The notes under the pieces are model-generated. The model saw only the letters and a list, made by a program, of their open reading frames with translations, ran no database searches and was not told the origin of the DNA. Positions 35,347 to 44,837 of a stretch of DNA of 64,000 nt are shown here, in pieces (within the stretch, counting starts at the first letter, position 1; each line of letters begins with the position of its first letter). Made by a program: the position numbers and the translations under genes. Source of the DNA: Enterobacter phage ZX14; sequence record PP236086.1, one strand, 5' to 3'.

Positions 35347-37028
35347 TATTCCATCACCGTGAAACGACCTACTTTCTTCATTTGAAGATGTTGGCCATAT
35401 GCCTGTGGGTCATGGTCTCTGTGACTGATAATGAAAATGTTCGTATCTTTAAGACTATTAAGAATCATACCAATAGTTTTAACACCGTCGGTATCAGTAG
35501 CCGAATCGAATACCTCATCAAGAATCAACGTGGATATATTAACACCACTTACCTGAGAAGCAATATCACGCCATGTAAACAACAGAGCGATATCGATACG
35601 AGCCTTTTCACCTTGGCTAAAGCTGAAATAGCTAAAGTCTTCACGACCACGAGATTTAATCGTTTCGTTAAATTCTTCATCTAAAGTGAATACATAATCG
35701 GCTTCCATGATTTTCAAGTAGTGGTTAATCTTCTTGTTAAACATTGGAATGTACTTCTTAATGATTGCACCTTTGATGCCAGAATCTTTCAACATCTCTG
35801 TCAAAATACCACGATGGTATTTTTCCATTACGAGCGTTGTTTTTTCTTTAACTAATTTATCAAGTTCTACTTGAAGCTTAGCAATCTCATCAGCATGGCT
35901 AATGAATTCTGCAGCAGCCTGGTCAATAAGAACTTTAACTTTCTTGGCCTTTTCTACAGCAGTGATTGCAGTAGATTTATGAGCCTGAATTTGGTTCTTG
36001 ATTTCACGAGCTTTACCTTGTTGAGCATGAACTTCATCTTGAATCAATTTCAGCTCACGATATTGTTCGTTTATTTTATCTAAAGATTTTTGAAGCTCAA
36101 AGTTTTTGTCTTTAATTTTAGTCAAGACATTACCATGTTCTTCAAGCCCCTGCATACATGTAGGACAATGCCCACCTGTCTCATAAAGCTTAACGACTTT
36201 ATCAAATGTCGCAATTTGATTCTTGATACTGAATCCTTCATTGCTCAGGTCACTCAGGCGAGCGCTAGGGTCATCATCGATGATAACGGCAAGTAAATCA
36301 TCAGTTAACTTTTCGATGTTCGCCTTGGCCGCCCTGGCTTCGCTTACTAAGTCATCGTACATTGTCTGCAGACGAGCAGCATTCTCACCAGATAATTTCT
36401 TCTGACGTTCTTCGTTGTCATTATAGATTTTAATCTGTTGAGTGATACCATCTTGCTTAACATCAATAACTTGGATTTGGCTATTAGTTTCACGAATCAA
36501 AGATTTGTTCAACTTATCCATTTCGGCCAGAATACTTACTTCGAGCAGATCCTCGACAAGTTTTCTTCGAGCGGGAGTTGACAATCCCATGAAAGGAGTA
36601 TATCCAGCCGTTCCGAGTACGACAACCTGTTTGAAGCTTGAATAAGACATTCCAATGAGCTGCTCAAACTGTTCTTGAAAGTCTTTGGCGGAGGCAGATT
36701 CGTCGAGAGGTTTACCGTTAACACTGATTTCGAAGACATTTGGTTTTTGTCCACGTTTGATGTAATATTCTTTTCCATCAAATTCCATCCAGAGTTCGAC
36801 CAAAAGGTCTTTCTTGTTAGAACTGTTTACGAGCTGGCCTTTCTTGACATCACGGAATGGTTTACCGAATAAAGCAAATGTAATTGCTTCAAGGAATGTT
36901 GACTTACCTGCGCCATTCTTACCAGTTACAAGAGTCTTTTGGACCTTATCAAGTTCAATAGTGATGGGCGCTGCGCCCACCGACATAATATTTTTATAGA
37001 TGACTTTCTTTAGCTTAAACGTTTTCAT
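35346..37028 (-). CDS. 46: recombination nuclease subunit gp46 (SbcC/Rad50-like ATPase)
   Basis: 560 aa (T4 gp46 is 560 aa). Walker A TGKNGAGKST, a long coiled coil, a CPTC zinc hook, and the signature/Walker B at the C-terminus (LILDEVFD). Confidence 0.85.
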   Translation of the reverse strand: MKTFKLKKVIYKNIMSVGAAPITIELDKVQKTLVTGKNGAGKSTFLEAITFALFGKPFRDVKKGQLVNSSNKKDLLVELWMEFDGKEYYIKRGQKPNVFEISVNGKPLDESASAKDFQEQFEQLIGMSYSSFKQVVVLGTAGYTPFMGLSTPARRKLVEDLLEVSILAEMDKLNKSLIRETNSQIQVIDVKQDGITQQIKIYNDNEERQKKLSGENAARLQTMYDDLVSEARAAKANIEKLTDDLLAVIIDDDPSARLSDLSNEGFSIKNQIATFDKVVKLYETGGHCPTCMQGLEEHGNVLTKIKDKNFELQKSLDKINEQYRELKLIQDEVHAQQGKAREIKNQIQAHKSTAITAVEKAKKVKVLIDQAAAEFISHADEIAKLQVELDKLVKEKTTLVMEKYHRGILTEMLKDSGIKGAIIKKYIPMFNKKINHYLKIMEADYVFTLDEEFNETIKSRGREDFSYFSFSQGEKARIDIALLFTWRDIASQVSGVNISTLILDEVFDSATDTDGVKTIGMILNSLKDTNIFIISHRDHDPQAYGQHLQMKKVGRFTVME

Positions 37029-37249
37029 GTATTGTTCCTTCGAATCTCTTGTTCAGCATATTCTAGCATTTCTTCGGAAGAATCAAATACACCGTCGAGT
37101 TCCATAGCCCATGAAACACCTTCAGAATATTCGGAGGTAACGTACATAGTTCCTGTATACCAAGAACCATCTACGTCCCATTCAATGTTACCAAACCAGC
37201 CATCACCAATATGGAAATCATGTTTATACATTTTCACTATACCATTCAT
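37025..37249 (-). CDS. hypothetical protein, 74 aa
   Basis: Small ORF between 47 and 46. Confidence 0.35.
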   Translation of the reverse strand: MNGIVKMYKHDFHIGDGWFGNIEWDVDGSWYTGTMYVTSEYSEGVSWAMELDGVFDSSEEMLEYAEQEIRRNNT

Positions 37250-37481
37250 CCTTAATAAGAGTTTCGGCTAATTCTAATACGTAAGTAGGAGTATCATCCG
37301 GATATGCATTAAAACTAAACTCTACACCCATATCTGTAGTAACATGATAACCTTCGGCATTTAAATCATCATCGAATTTAGCACTGATATTATATTTGAT
37401 GTAAAAAGTACAGTCAAGATGTTCCACATAACAGACATGCTCTTCATGCATATAAGAGCCCATGAATACATCATATTTCAT
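37224..37481 (-). CDS. hypothetical protein, 85 aa
   Basis: Small ORF between 47 and 46. Confidence 0.35.
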   Translation of the reverse strand: MKYDVFMGSYMHEEHVCYVEHLDCTFYIKYNISAKFDDDLNAEGYHVTTDMGVEFSFNAYPDDTPTYVLELAETLIKDEWYSENV

Positions 37482-38497
37482 TTACTCACCTCAATATAAA
37501 GTTGTTTAGCTAATGACTTCAATGATTTACGGTCTTCATCAGAATGACCATCCGGAAGAGCGTCAATATAGTCTTCCATCAAATCAAGCAATGACTTGAT
37601 GTCGACTTCTTCATCACTATCATTATCTACACTGTCATCAACCTTCGAAACAATCCTAAGTGAATGAACTACTTTTTCGAGTTCACTTTCAAACTTAGGT
37701 AGTCCTTTATCAACTTGCTCAACAATGACACGAACTGCCAGATTTTTAAATTCGTCGTAATTGATTGTTTCGTTGGGATAACTAATCTTACGGTGCCATG
37801 TTGTAGAATTTGGGACGAAGTCAAACGTCGCTTTTTGAGTGTCCTGAACCCAGAATCCTCGAGGATCGTTTTCGTCGCCTGCTGTAAGCGTCCATGGTGT
37901 GCCGATGTATTTGACATTAGCTGCGCTAGAGATTGTGTGGAAATGGCCTGACCACACTTGTTTGTATTTTTTGAGGAAGTCTGGTTCGAGCCCATGAGAT
38001 TTCATTCCTTTATAGAAATAGAAGCCGTTAAGTTCCCAATGCCCAATACAATATTCAGCAGAACTTGTTTTGATATGTTCCATGATTTCAGTTGTGTTTT
38101 CGTCACACATCCATGGAATCAAATCAATCAACGTACCATCGAAATCCATTGAAACAGGTTTTTCGATAACGGTTACGTTCGAATATTTTCCAAGAACTTC
38201 TTGAGCCGCGTTAGGAGTCAATGTGTTCTTGTAGTGCATGTCGTGGTTACCAACAATGGTAATCAGATGAATACCTGCTTCAGCCAGCTCTTCAATAATC
38301 TGACGAGCGAATTCCATACACTTGTGTGTAATCGCTTTACGTACGTCGAAGATATCACCGTACTGAATAATAGTTTTGATATTGTGCTTTTTGGCATAAG
38401 CAATATGTTCACGAATACCCTTTAATTGAATTTCTTGAACCCAAGGGTCATCTGCTTTTACACCTAAGTGCCAATCACCGGAATGGATAATTTTCAT
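37478..38497 (-). CDS. 47: recombination nuclease subunit gp47 (SbcD/Mre11-like phosphoesterase)
   Basis: 339 aa (T4 gp47 is 339 aa). Calcineurin-like motifs IHSGDWHLG, GDIFD, GNHD. Confidence 0.85.
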   Translation of the reverse strand: MKIIHSGDWHLGVKADDPWVQEIQLKGIREHIAYAKKHNIKTIIQYGDIFDVRKAITHKCMEFARQIIEELAEAGIHLITIVGNHDMHYKNTLTPNAAQEVLGKYSNVTVIEKPVSMDFDGTLIDLIPWMCDENTTEIMEHIKTSSAEYCIGHWELNGFYFYKGMKSHGLEPDFLKKYKQVWSGHFHTISSAANVKYIGTPWTLTAGDENDPRGFWVQDTQKATFDFVPNSTTWHRKISYPNETINYDEFKNLAVRVIVEQVDKGLPKFESELEKVVHSLRIVSKVDDSVDNDSDEEVDIKSLLDLMEDYIDALPDGHSDEDRKSLKSLAKQLYIEVSK

Positions 38498-38538
38498 TTG
38501 TTCACCTCTGTAGTCATTATATCTCCCGATTTGATAGC

Positions 38539-38556
38539 AAAAAAGGGCCGAAGCCC
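38539..38556 (-). terminator. intrinsic terminator (gggccgaagccc + U-run) followed by TATAAT promoter for gene 47
   Basis: Hairpin 38545-38556 with an A6 run on plus (T-run on the minus transcript). GATATAATG -10 lies just downstream on the minus strand. Confidence 0.55.
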
Positions 38557-38740
38557 TTTAAATTTTCTTGTATGTGATTGTGCCTTCGGCTTTAGCTTTT
38601 TCTAACGATTCTTTAAATCGTCTCATTGCTTCAACCTTACCGGCACGAACCTTTTCGTAATCAGGTTTAGATGAGTTCTGTACTGATGAAGACATCTACA
38701 TCCTCTGCATTAACAAAGAATTCCGAGCAATCAGGTTCTC

Positions 38741-38986
38741 TTACCATTGATACCACCTTTTAACCATTATTGTATCTACCCAAACAACTTCTTTAGGATT
38801 AGCCTTAATAGCTGGGCCTGTGTCGCCCAGGACACGATAGTGGGTTTCGGATAACTTAACAGCCATAACACCATCAGCTACAGACAAAGTGAACCCTGCG
38901 TTAACCTTGAGACGCTTAAACGGTTTTTGTACCAGCATTGATAATATTCCAGATTTGTTGACGAGTAGTTTCCCACATCGTGGCAA
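38741..38986 (-). CDS. hypothetical protein, 81 aa
   Basis: Small ORF in the 55-47 interval, where T4 carries alpha-glucosyltransferase. Confidence 0.35.
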   Translation of the reverse strand: MPRCGKLLVNKSGILSMLVQKPFKRLKVNAGFTLSVADGVMAVKLSETHYRVLGDTGPAIKANPKEVVWVDTIMVKRWYQW

Positions 38987-39230
38987 TCATGTCGTCGGTG
39001 TAAGGTTGACGATAGATTTTACGCAACTTTTTAATTGCATATTCATACGCCGGATAATTATTTTCTAATACAGCACCTTGAGCGTGCAGGTTCAAACGTT
39101 GGATTTCACGTTTGTTCTTTTTAAGAATTGCATCCGCCTGAGCTGTAGCTTCTTTAGCATTTGCTTCTTCTAGACGCTTCTGGGCTTCTTCAATTTGTTC
39201 ATCAGTCAATTGAGATAGGCTGTCAATCAT
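38916..39230 (-). CDS. hypothetical protein, 104 aa
   Basis: Small ORF. Confidence 0.4.
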   Translation of the reverse strand: MIDSLSQLTDEQIEEAQKRLEEANAKEATAQADAILKKNKREIQRLNLHAQGAVLENNYPAYEYAIKKLRKIYRQPYTDDMIATMWETTRQQIWNIINAGTKTV

Positions 39231-39232
39231 TG

Positions 39233-39484
39233 TTATTCCTTAGGAGTCAATTCAATATCGAGATAGAACAAATCATCAATTAAATGATAAGAATATTCTA
39301 CCTCATTTTCTTCACTGGTCAATTCAACGCGACCAGGATTTAATGGGTCAATTGAAATCGGTAAATTTTCAACGTCTCGTAAATACATCTTAAGCAAATA
39401 CGGTAATGCTGACACATCGTCACCGATTTCATCTAGAAACCCAGTGAGGTTAATTTGAAGCCTCATATAAAAAATCCAATTCAC
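39233..39484 (-). CDS. hypothetical protein, 83 aa
   Basis: Small ORF. Confidence 0.4.
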   Translation of the reverse strand: MNWIFYMRLQINLTGFLDEIGDDVSALPYLLKMYLRDVENLPISIDPLNPGRVELTSEENEVEYSYHLIDDLFYLDIELTPKE

Positions 39485-40025
39485 CTTCTTTAGGTTCGTC
39501 GCTCTTATCAGACCCTGGCGTCTTAATTAAAGAAGTTTCATACTGCGTCATTTTATCGTAGATATCTTGAATGAATGTTTCATCTGCCATGCCTACGATA
39601 TCATCGTCACCTGCGTCATAGACGTTGTGGACGAAGTAGCTGTATTTCTTTGCCATTTCTTTACGTTCTTTTTTGATACGCTGAACGAAGGCATTAAAAC
39701 AAGCCATTGTGATATACGCATGTGGGTTATCATATTTCGTTTCATCGAAGTTATGGAGACCTTTAATCGCCGCTTCGATGCCATCTGCTATCATTTCTTC
39801 TTTCCAGGATTGGGTATATCCTGAGAAGTTGAAGCGTTTTGACAGACCTTGTGCAATGAGCATAATTGCCAAACCAATAACATCATTCTGGCGAACGATT
39901 TTGTTCGGGTCTTTATTAGCTCGGAGCTTTTCTTTCCATTCGGAAATAGCTTTTAAAAGCTCCTTATTATTTACATAATTGTTTTTGGTCAGACGTGGTT
40001 GTTCCATATAAGCCTCTTTACTCAA
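39450..40025 (-). CDS. 55: late-transcription sigma factor gp55
   Basis: 191 aa (T4 gp55 is 185 aa). A conserved sigma region-2-like block. It lies upstream of gene 47, as in T4. Confidence 0.85.
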   Translation of the reverse strand: MSKEAYMEQPRLTKNNYVNNKELLKAISEWKEKLRANKDPNKIVRQNDVIGLAIMLIAQGLSKRFNFSGYTQSWKEEMIADGIEAAIKGLHNFDETKYDNPHAYITMACFNAFVQRIKKERKEMAKKYSYFVHNVYDAGDDDIVGMADETFIQDIYDKMTQYETSLIKTPGSDKSDEPKEGELDFLYEASN

Positions 40026-40072
40026 TTCATAGGTCCATTATATCATAGGTTGAGGGACCTGAATTTAAAGCA

Positions 40073-40345
40073 TCAAAAGGCGTTAGGACATGTCTCGTTC
40101 CAATGCTGTCGAACAATACCAGCAAAACGGTTAAATTCAATCGGATTCAACATAGGACGGTTATTAACCTTTGTTGCATGATGAATAGCACCTAAAAACA
40201 TCGACTGGTTAATAACCAAGTCGCGAAGATGGCTTTCAAAAAGTTCACCAGCAGAGTCATCAATATAATGAATAGTATTATCTTTGCTTAGGATAAGCAT
40301 ACCATCTAAAGTAAGAAAACGATAAGGTATTTTAAGATTAATCAT
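40073..40345 (-). CDS. hypothetical protein, 90 aa
   Basis: 55.x-type small ORF. Confidence 0.35.
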   Translation of the reverse strand: MINLKIPYRFLTLDGMLILSKDNTIHYIDDSAGELFESHLRDLVINQSMFLGAIHHATKVNNRPMLNPIEFNRFAGIVRQHWNETCPNAF

Positions 40346-40611
40346 GGCAATTTCCTCAGAATCTGGTACATCTCAAACAGTCGTTCAGCAATAGATAAGA
40401 AATACTTATGTTGAATAGGGTCCATGCCGATATCAGCTAGATAAGCATTCAACTCACGATTCAGACGCTCATAATGGCTATGGTTCAGTTCAGAGATATG
40501 GAACTGATAACTATCATCGCATTCTTCAAACGGGATAAAATAAACTCCCATATGGCTATCAACGACCCATTGGCTGGTACCAACGTCAAGTGTTAAACGG
40601 TTATAAGCCAT
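40342..40611 (-). CDS. hypothetical protein, 89 aa
   Basis: Small ORF. Confidence 0.35.
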   Translation of the reverse strand: MAYNRLTLDVGTSQWVVDSHMGVYFIPFEECDDSYQFHISELNHSHYERLNRELNAYLADIGMDPIQHKYFLSIAERLFEMYQILRKLP

Positions 40612-40829
40612 TACATTACTTCCTTAGCATAATCGACAGCCTGGAACACCGTAGGGAATTCGTCACGATATTCATAATGGTTTTCTTTAGTTTCATAAAG
40701 GAACCAACGTCCGAAGTCTTCTTCGATAATAAAGTTATCACCTTCGACCGTAGTTTGCCCTTCATCATTTTTAACCAGATATCCTAAGAGACGAAGATTA
40801 GCGATATCATCAGGAGTTAATTCAGTCAT
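40611..40829 (-). CDS. hypothetical protein, 72 aa
   Basis: Small ORF. Confidence 0.35.
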   Translation of the reverse strand: MTELTPDDIANLRLLGYLVKNDEGQTTVEGDNFIIEEDFGRWFLYETKENHYEYRDEFPTVFQAVDYAKEVM

Positions 40830-41082
40830 TCAAATATTCCTTAAACTCTTCTAAATTCATAGCTTCATTCCACGCCAAAACAAGAGTTGCTTCAATGAAG
40901 AGTGAAGGCCTTTTAGTGCTAACCGGGTATATTCTACACTCACGTTTAGAGGCATTCAATAATCTGTAGCCGTTAACAATAGCTTCATACTTTGTAAATC
41001 TGGCGCTAGCTTTACGTAATTTAGGACCATCTTTATAAATGAGATAAACGCCTACATCTTCAGGAAGCTTATTCATAATCAA
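40822..41082 (-). CDS. hypothetical protein, 86 aa
   Basis: Small ORF. Confidence 0.35.
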   Translation of the reverse strand: MIMNKLPEDVGVYLIYKDGPKLRKASARFTKYEAIVNGYRLLNASKRECRIYPVSTKRPSLFIEATLVLAWNEAMNLEEFKEYLND

Positions 41083-41356
41083 AATATTCCTGTAGTTCTG
41101 AAACGGTTAAGCTTTCCATCCACATTTCGCCAATAGATGGTTCAAGCCAACCATATTTTTGTTCGGTGCCACCCATAGGGCGCGGGTAAATACGAAGGTT
41201 ATGAAGCTTACCTTCTACAAATAACTGGTTAAGTTCAATAGGGCCGATATAACCATGGACCTTTGAAACTTTAGAGTGCCAGAAATTAATCTTTTCTACT
41301 TTAAGTACTACGAATCTAGTACCGACCGGACATCCGGCTAAATTTAAGGCTGTCAT
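41069..41356 (-). CDS. hypothetical protein, 95 aa
   Basis: Small ORF. Confidence 0.35.
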   Translation of the reverse strand: MTALNLAGCPVGTRFVVLKVEKINFWHSKVSKVHGYIGPIELNQLFVEGKLHNLRIYPRPMGGTEQKYGWLEPSIGEMWMESLTVSELQEYFDYE

Positions 41357-41733
41357 TAGCTTGCTTCCTTAACAATTTTGAGGTCACGGAAGCCTTTCTT
41401 ACGCTGAGACTTCATACGCTTTATAGTCTTTTCAGAAATCTTGCCTGCATCAGGGTTATAAGTGCCTACACCGAAAGCAGGGGTGCTGAATTCAGACAGA
41501 ATATAAGCTACAACCAGTTCACGAATACGTGCCTTACCGATCTTCTGGTCGTTTTCTTTCATGGTACCGTGCAGATCATTTTCCCACTGATCGAGGATTT
41601 CAGGCGTAACGTATCCACCAGATTTCATGATGCTAACAACTTTGTCATAAGCGAAAGAGTTCAGAACGTTTTTGATAGCTTGAGACATAGCAAATTCCTC
41701 AGTAGTTAATATTTTGTTATCCAAGGAGGACAT
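41356..41733 (-). CDS. hypothetical protein, 125 aa
   Basis: ORF after the promoter at 41721-41761. Confidence 0.4.
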   Translation of the reverse strand: MSSLDNKILTTEEFAMSQAIKNVLNSFAYDKVVSIMKSGGYVTPEILDQWENDLHGTMKENDQKIGKARIRELVVAYILSEFSTPAFGVGTYNPDAGKISEKTIKRMKSQRKKGFRDLKIVKEAS

Positions 41734-41761
41734 TATACCCTGTCCTCATGGGTTTGTAAAT
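41721..41761 (-). promoter_or_regulatory. early promoter with IR centred on -10 (TATAAT in loop)
   Basis: IR gaggaca/tgtcctc (41727-41748) encloses GGTATAAT on the minus strand. -35 ATTTAC. Confidence 0.4.
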
Positions 41762-42060
41762 TATGAGATTCGCATTGCATCACGAATCAGATTAATAACC
41801 ATATCGGCTATATAGAAATCGATTTTAATACCGATATCGCTAAAGCGTTTACGAATGTCCATACGATCTGTAATAGACTCATTGCGTCGAATCAATGACA
41901 CACGAGGACCGTTAGCAAACTCTGCCACATAACTTGTTTCGGTTTCATCAACAGGCCATAATGTAATGAAAACAACTTGCTTTTCATTGTAAATGAAGCG
42001 AAGAATTGTTTTAGCATTTTTCAATTCTAATTTTGGTGTAGTACTGTCGAGTCTCATCAA
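41761..42060 (-). CDS. hypothetical protein, 99 aa
   Basis: Small ORF. Confidence 0.35.
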   Translation of the reverse strand: MMRLDSTTPKLELKNAKTILRFIYNEKQVVFITLWPVDETETSYVAEFANGPRVSLIRRNESITDRMDIRKRFSDIGIKIDFYIADMVINLIRDAMRIS

Positions 42061-42317
42061 TTCAGCTCCAGTAAAATAGCACGAACGACTTGTTCAACTT
42101 CAGCGTTTAATGTATCTGAAGCTAAAGCAAAAATGCAGTTAGCAATACGCTGTGGGTTCAGTTTGGCTTGTTCTACGTAACATTCGGTGCGGCAGCTTAG
42201 TGCACGGAAGATAATTTCTTTGTTACCAATTTCAACAACAAGATTGTAATGACCGTGACGGTTTGCTACACGGAATTCCATACGGACTGATTTAGTTTTA
42301 GAAGTAAGAGTAGCCAT
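42057..42317 (-). CDS. hypothetical protein, 87 aa
   Basis: ATG at 42317 just downstream of the PeSL-like promoter at 42325-42376. Confidence 0.4.
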   Translation of the reverse strand: MATLTSKTKSVRMEFRVANRHGHYNLVVEIGNKEIIFRALSCRTECYVEQAKLNPQRIANCIFALASDTLNAEVEQVVRAILLELN

Positions 42318-42324
42318 TTTGTAT

Positions 42325-42376
42325 CTCCATTTGTTGGTGTAGGAACATACTAACACGAACAAATGGAGTTGTAAAC
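42325..42376 (-). promoter_or_regulatory. early promoter embedded in inverted repeat (PeSL-like)
   Basis: GTTTAC (rc of 42371-42376). IR ccatttgtt (42327-42335) / aacaaatgg (42358-42366). Confidence 0.55.
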
Positions 42377-42378
42377 AC

Positions 42379-42783
42379 CTAATCTTCTATGATGTCAGGG
42401 TCAAAGCCCTTTTCGAGGAGGAGTTGTTTGAAGAAACGGATATTGTGAACGAGTTTATCGTCTACAAATATCACAGGATAGCGTATATTGAGAGTAGGGA
42501 ACCCTGCACGCTTAGCTAATGAAACTATAAGAGGTCTGTCGTAAGTGAACCCTACGCCATTCTCTGATGGCGAGAGCACATCATAAAACGAAAATGGAAG
42601 ACCTAAGCCTTCCAAAATCTTACGAACATGAATACAACCAGGACAACGACTTACTGTCTCTGGAATTCCGTAGACCTCAATCTTTAGTGATTGGTTTTCC
42701 ACGTGTAATACCACCTTCATATGACCAGCTATGAATATCCATATATTCACCTTCAGCATTTTCTTTCCAGAGACTAATTTCAA
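42379..42783 (-). CDS. nrdH: NrdH-like glutaredoxin (likely start MKVVLHV near 42720)
   Basis: CPGC redox motif in a ~110-aa glutaredoxin-fold protein, at the T4 nrdH position upstream of gene 49. Confidence 0.55.
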   Translation of the reverse strand: MKLVSGKKMLKVNIWIFIAGHMKVVLHVENQSLKIEVYGIPETVSRCPGCIHVRKILEGLGLPFSFYDVLSPSENGVGFTYDRPLIVSLAKRAGFPTLNIRYPVIFVDDKLVHNIRFFKQLLLEKGFDPDIIED

Positions 42784-42985
42784 TCAAGAAACCAGTATCA
42801 GCAAATTGGAAATAAACTGAAGGTAGAACACCATGAAGCTCTTGAAGAACATGAATAGATTTCAAATCTTCTTCAGCCCCAACGAAGAAATCTGGGTTCA
42901 GTGTACAACCACCAAACTGGTAGCCGTCACCAAGATCGTCCCACTCTTTCCAATCGATTACTACAAATTCTTCAAAACGTTTCAT
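42677..42985 (-). CDS. hypothetical protein, 102 aa
   Basis: ORF whose 3' end overlaps the nrdH 5' region in another frame. Confidence 0.4.
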   Translation of the reverse strand: MKRFEEFVVIDWKEWDDLGDGYQFGGCTLNPDFFVGAEEDLKSIHVLQELHGVLPSVYFQFADTGFLIEISLWKENAEGEYMDIHSWSYEGGITRGKPITKD

Positions 42986-43197
42986 TTGTCAGCCTTTTTC
43001 ATGGCTTCTGCTTTAGCTTCAACCTTAGCGATAGCTTTATCGATAGAAGCTTTGAAGTCAAATTTTTCGCCATCGATTTTAGGGTCAATATAATGAATCA
43101 GTGCGGCAACAATAACAACAGGAATCATAGCAACCATTGCGTATGCCATCAGAATAACAAACAGAATTACAACCAGATATTTACGGAACTGAGTCAT
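42982..43197 (-). CDS. small membrane protein, 71 aa
   Basis: Single TM helix (LVVILFVILMAYAMVAMIPVVIVAALI). Confidence 0.4.
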   Translation of the reverse strand: MTQFRKYLVVILFVILMAYAMVAMIPVVIVAALIHYIDPKIDGEKFDFKASIDKAIAKVEAKAEAMKKADK

Positions 43198-43312
43198 TAG
43201 CCCACCATTTTAGTTAGAGAATCAATAAGAAGCATTGTGTGTAATGCAGGGAATTCTTCACCCATTTTCATAATGAGTTCATACGCATCACAGAGTTGAG
43301 TATTAAGCCAAT

Positions 43313-43786
43313 TCATTTTAACGATTTCCTCAGTTGTTTTTTGAACGAAGCGACCATCTTAGTTTTTGTATCGCTTTCGATATAAGTAAAACCATGTTGT
43401 TTGAACATAGCTATCATATCATCTTTATTACCACGAGCAAATTCTTTTGCTTTATCGGTAACAAAATTAGGATGAATATTGTTTTCGCTATAATCAGTTT
43501 TCAGATAGACGAGCAAATTCTCAAGCCATTCGAGGTAGTCGACATTTTGACCTTTAAGACCAGAGCGGTTGAACTTATGCTTCATTTGTCCTTCTGCAGC
43601 GTTACACAAATTACATAGCAACCCACGAACCTTACCAGCTTTTGGTCCGTTTAGGTCGTGGTCGTGGTCAAGATGATTAGCTTGAACATCAGAGTCTAAA
43701 TCTCTCTTACAGATTAAACACTTGCCATGTTGTGCATCATAAAATTTTTGTTTTTGTTCTTTGTATAGTTTTCCAGTCAAAAGCAT
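43313..43786 (-). CDS. 49: recombination endonuclease VII gp49
   Basis: 157 aa, near-identical to T4 EndoVII (MLLTGKLYKE.KQKFYDAQ.GKCLIC.R.L..DVQANHLDHDH.LNGPKAGKVRGLLCNLCNAAEG). Confidence 0.9.
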   Translation of the reverse strand: MLLTGKLYKEQKQKFYDAQHGKCLICKRDLDSDVQANHLDHDHDLNGPKAGKVRGLLCNLCNAAEGQMKHKFNRSGLKGQNVDYLEWLENLLVYLKTDYSENNIHPNFVTDKAKEFARGNKDDMIAMFKQHGFTYIESDTKTKMVASFKKQLRKSLK

Positions 43787-43821
43787 AAGTTCACCCCATA
43801 AGTAGATGAACTTATTTATGC

Positions 43822-44268
43822 TTAGAAAGCCCTGTCAGAAAACTCAAGTTGTTTTTCAAGCTGCTGGATATAATCGGCTGCGGCCTGCATAAGATTGGCT
43901 TCATAACCGTTTACACGGGATTTAGCTTCTTCAAGGCGTACAGTAATTTCCATACCATCGAATTGATTCATAGGAGCTTCTGGGAAAAAGTCAGAAGCAA
44001 GCTCTTCAATTTCTTTCAACTGGTCCATTGTATCTTCACAATAGAAACACCAGAACCAAGAATCACGCCCGTTCACATGAAGATAAGGACCATTCTTGAT
44101 TTTGACTGAAGTAATACCGTCTTCATAGTCACGGTCACGTTCAGCAACAGTAACAACCTTGAACACAACACCTTTCTTCAGTTCCGGAAATTGCATCTGC
44201 AGTTCTTCATCATCAGAAATGATTTCAAAAACTTTATTCACAAGGTTCATAACCAAACTCCATATCAA
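43822..44268 (-). CDS. hypothetical protein, 148 aa (T4 pin position)
   Basis: It lies immediately after gene 49, where T4 encodes Pin. No motif. Confidence 0.35.
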   Translation of the reverse strand: MIWSLVMNLVNKVFEIISDDEELQMQFPELKKGVVFKVVTVAERDRDYEDGITSVKIKNGPYLHVNGRDSWFWCFYCEDTMDQLKEIEELASDFFPEAPMNQFDGMEITVRLEEAKSRVNGYEANLMQAAADYIQQLEKQLEFSDRAF

Positions 44269-44434
44269 TTAACTCATTTAAGGAAGGTTCATCATAACAC
44301 TCTTCCTTCTCTGTGTAAACAGGTTCTTCAGGCTCGACGGTTTCCCATCGAGCTGCATACCATGGCTTACTGGTCACGCCAATAGCTTGAGACTTCGAAA
44401 TCGGGAGCATCATCATATTCCCAGAACCATTCAC
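44234..44434 (-). CDS. hypothetical protein, 66 aa
   Basis: Small ORF. Confidence 0.3.
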   Translation of the reverse strand: MNGSGNMMMLPISKSQAIGVTSKPWYAARWETVEPEEPVYTEKEECYDEPSLNELIDMEFGYEPCE

Positions 44435-44684
44435 CTACCGGGATATAATCGGTTTGTCCTGTTTCTTTATTCTGGACCGGCTCATAGTCGGTATTTTCGA
44501 GACCAACGAACTGCCATTGGACTTCATAGGCTACACCACCGATGACAACAGTGTTCTCACCCCAAGCATTCTCTACGGCCCATTCGATGCCTTCAGACTT
44601 CGCAAGTGCAACCATATATTCATACAGTTTCCACTCGAGGTCATCTTGAACGCCATCACCCAAATTAATAATTTGACCTTTCAT
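44367..44684 (-). CDS. hypothetical protein, 105 aa
   Basis: Small ORF. Confidence 0.35.
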   Translation of the reverse strand: MKGQIINLGDGVQDDLEWKLYEYMVALAKSEGIEWAVENAWGENTVVIGGVAYEVQWQFVGLENTDYEPVQNKETGQTDYIPVGEWFWEYDDAPDFEVSSYWRDQ

Positions 44685-44837
44685 TTTTCAGTTGTTCCAA
44701 TTCTAGTAGATTAAACCACTCAGAGAAAACATCATGTTCCTGTTCTCTGAGTTCCCAGAACATCTTCTCAATTTTCTTTAGACGTTCTAGCTCTTCTATT
44801 GGGATTTGAGTCCATCCCCAAGGAGACGAATGAAGGC

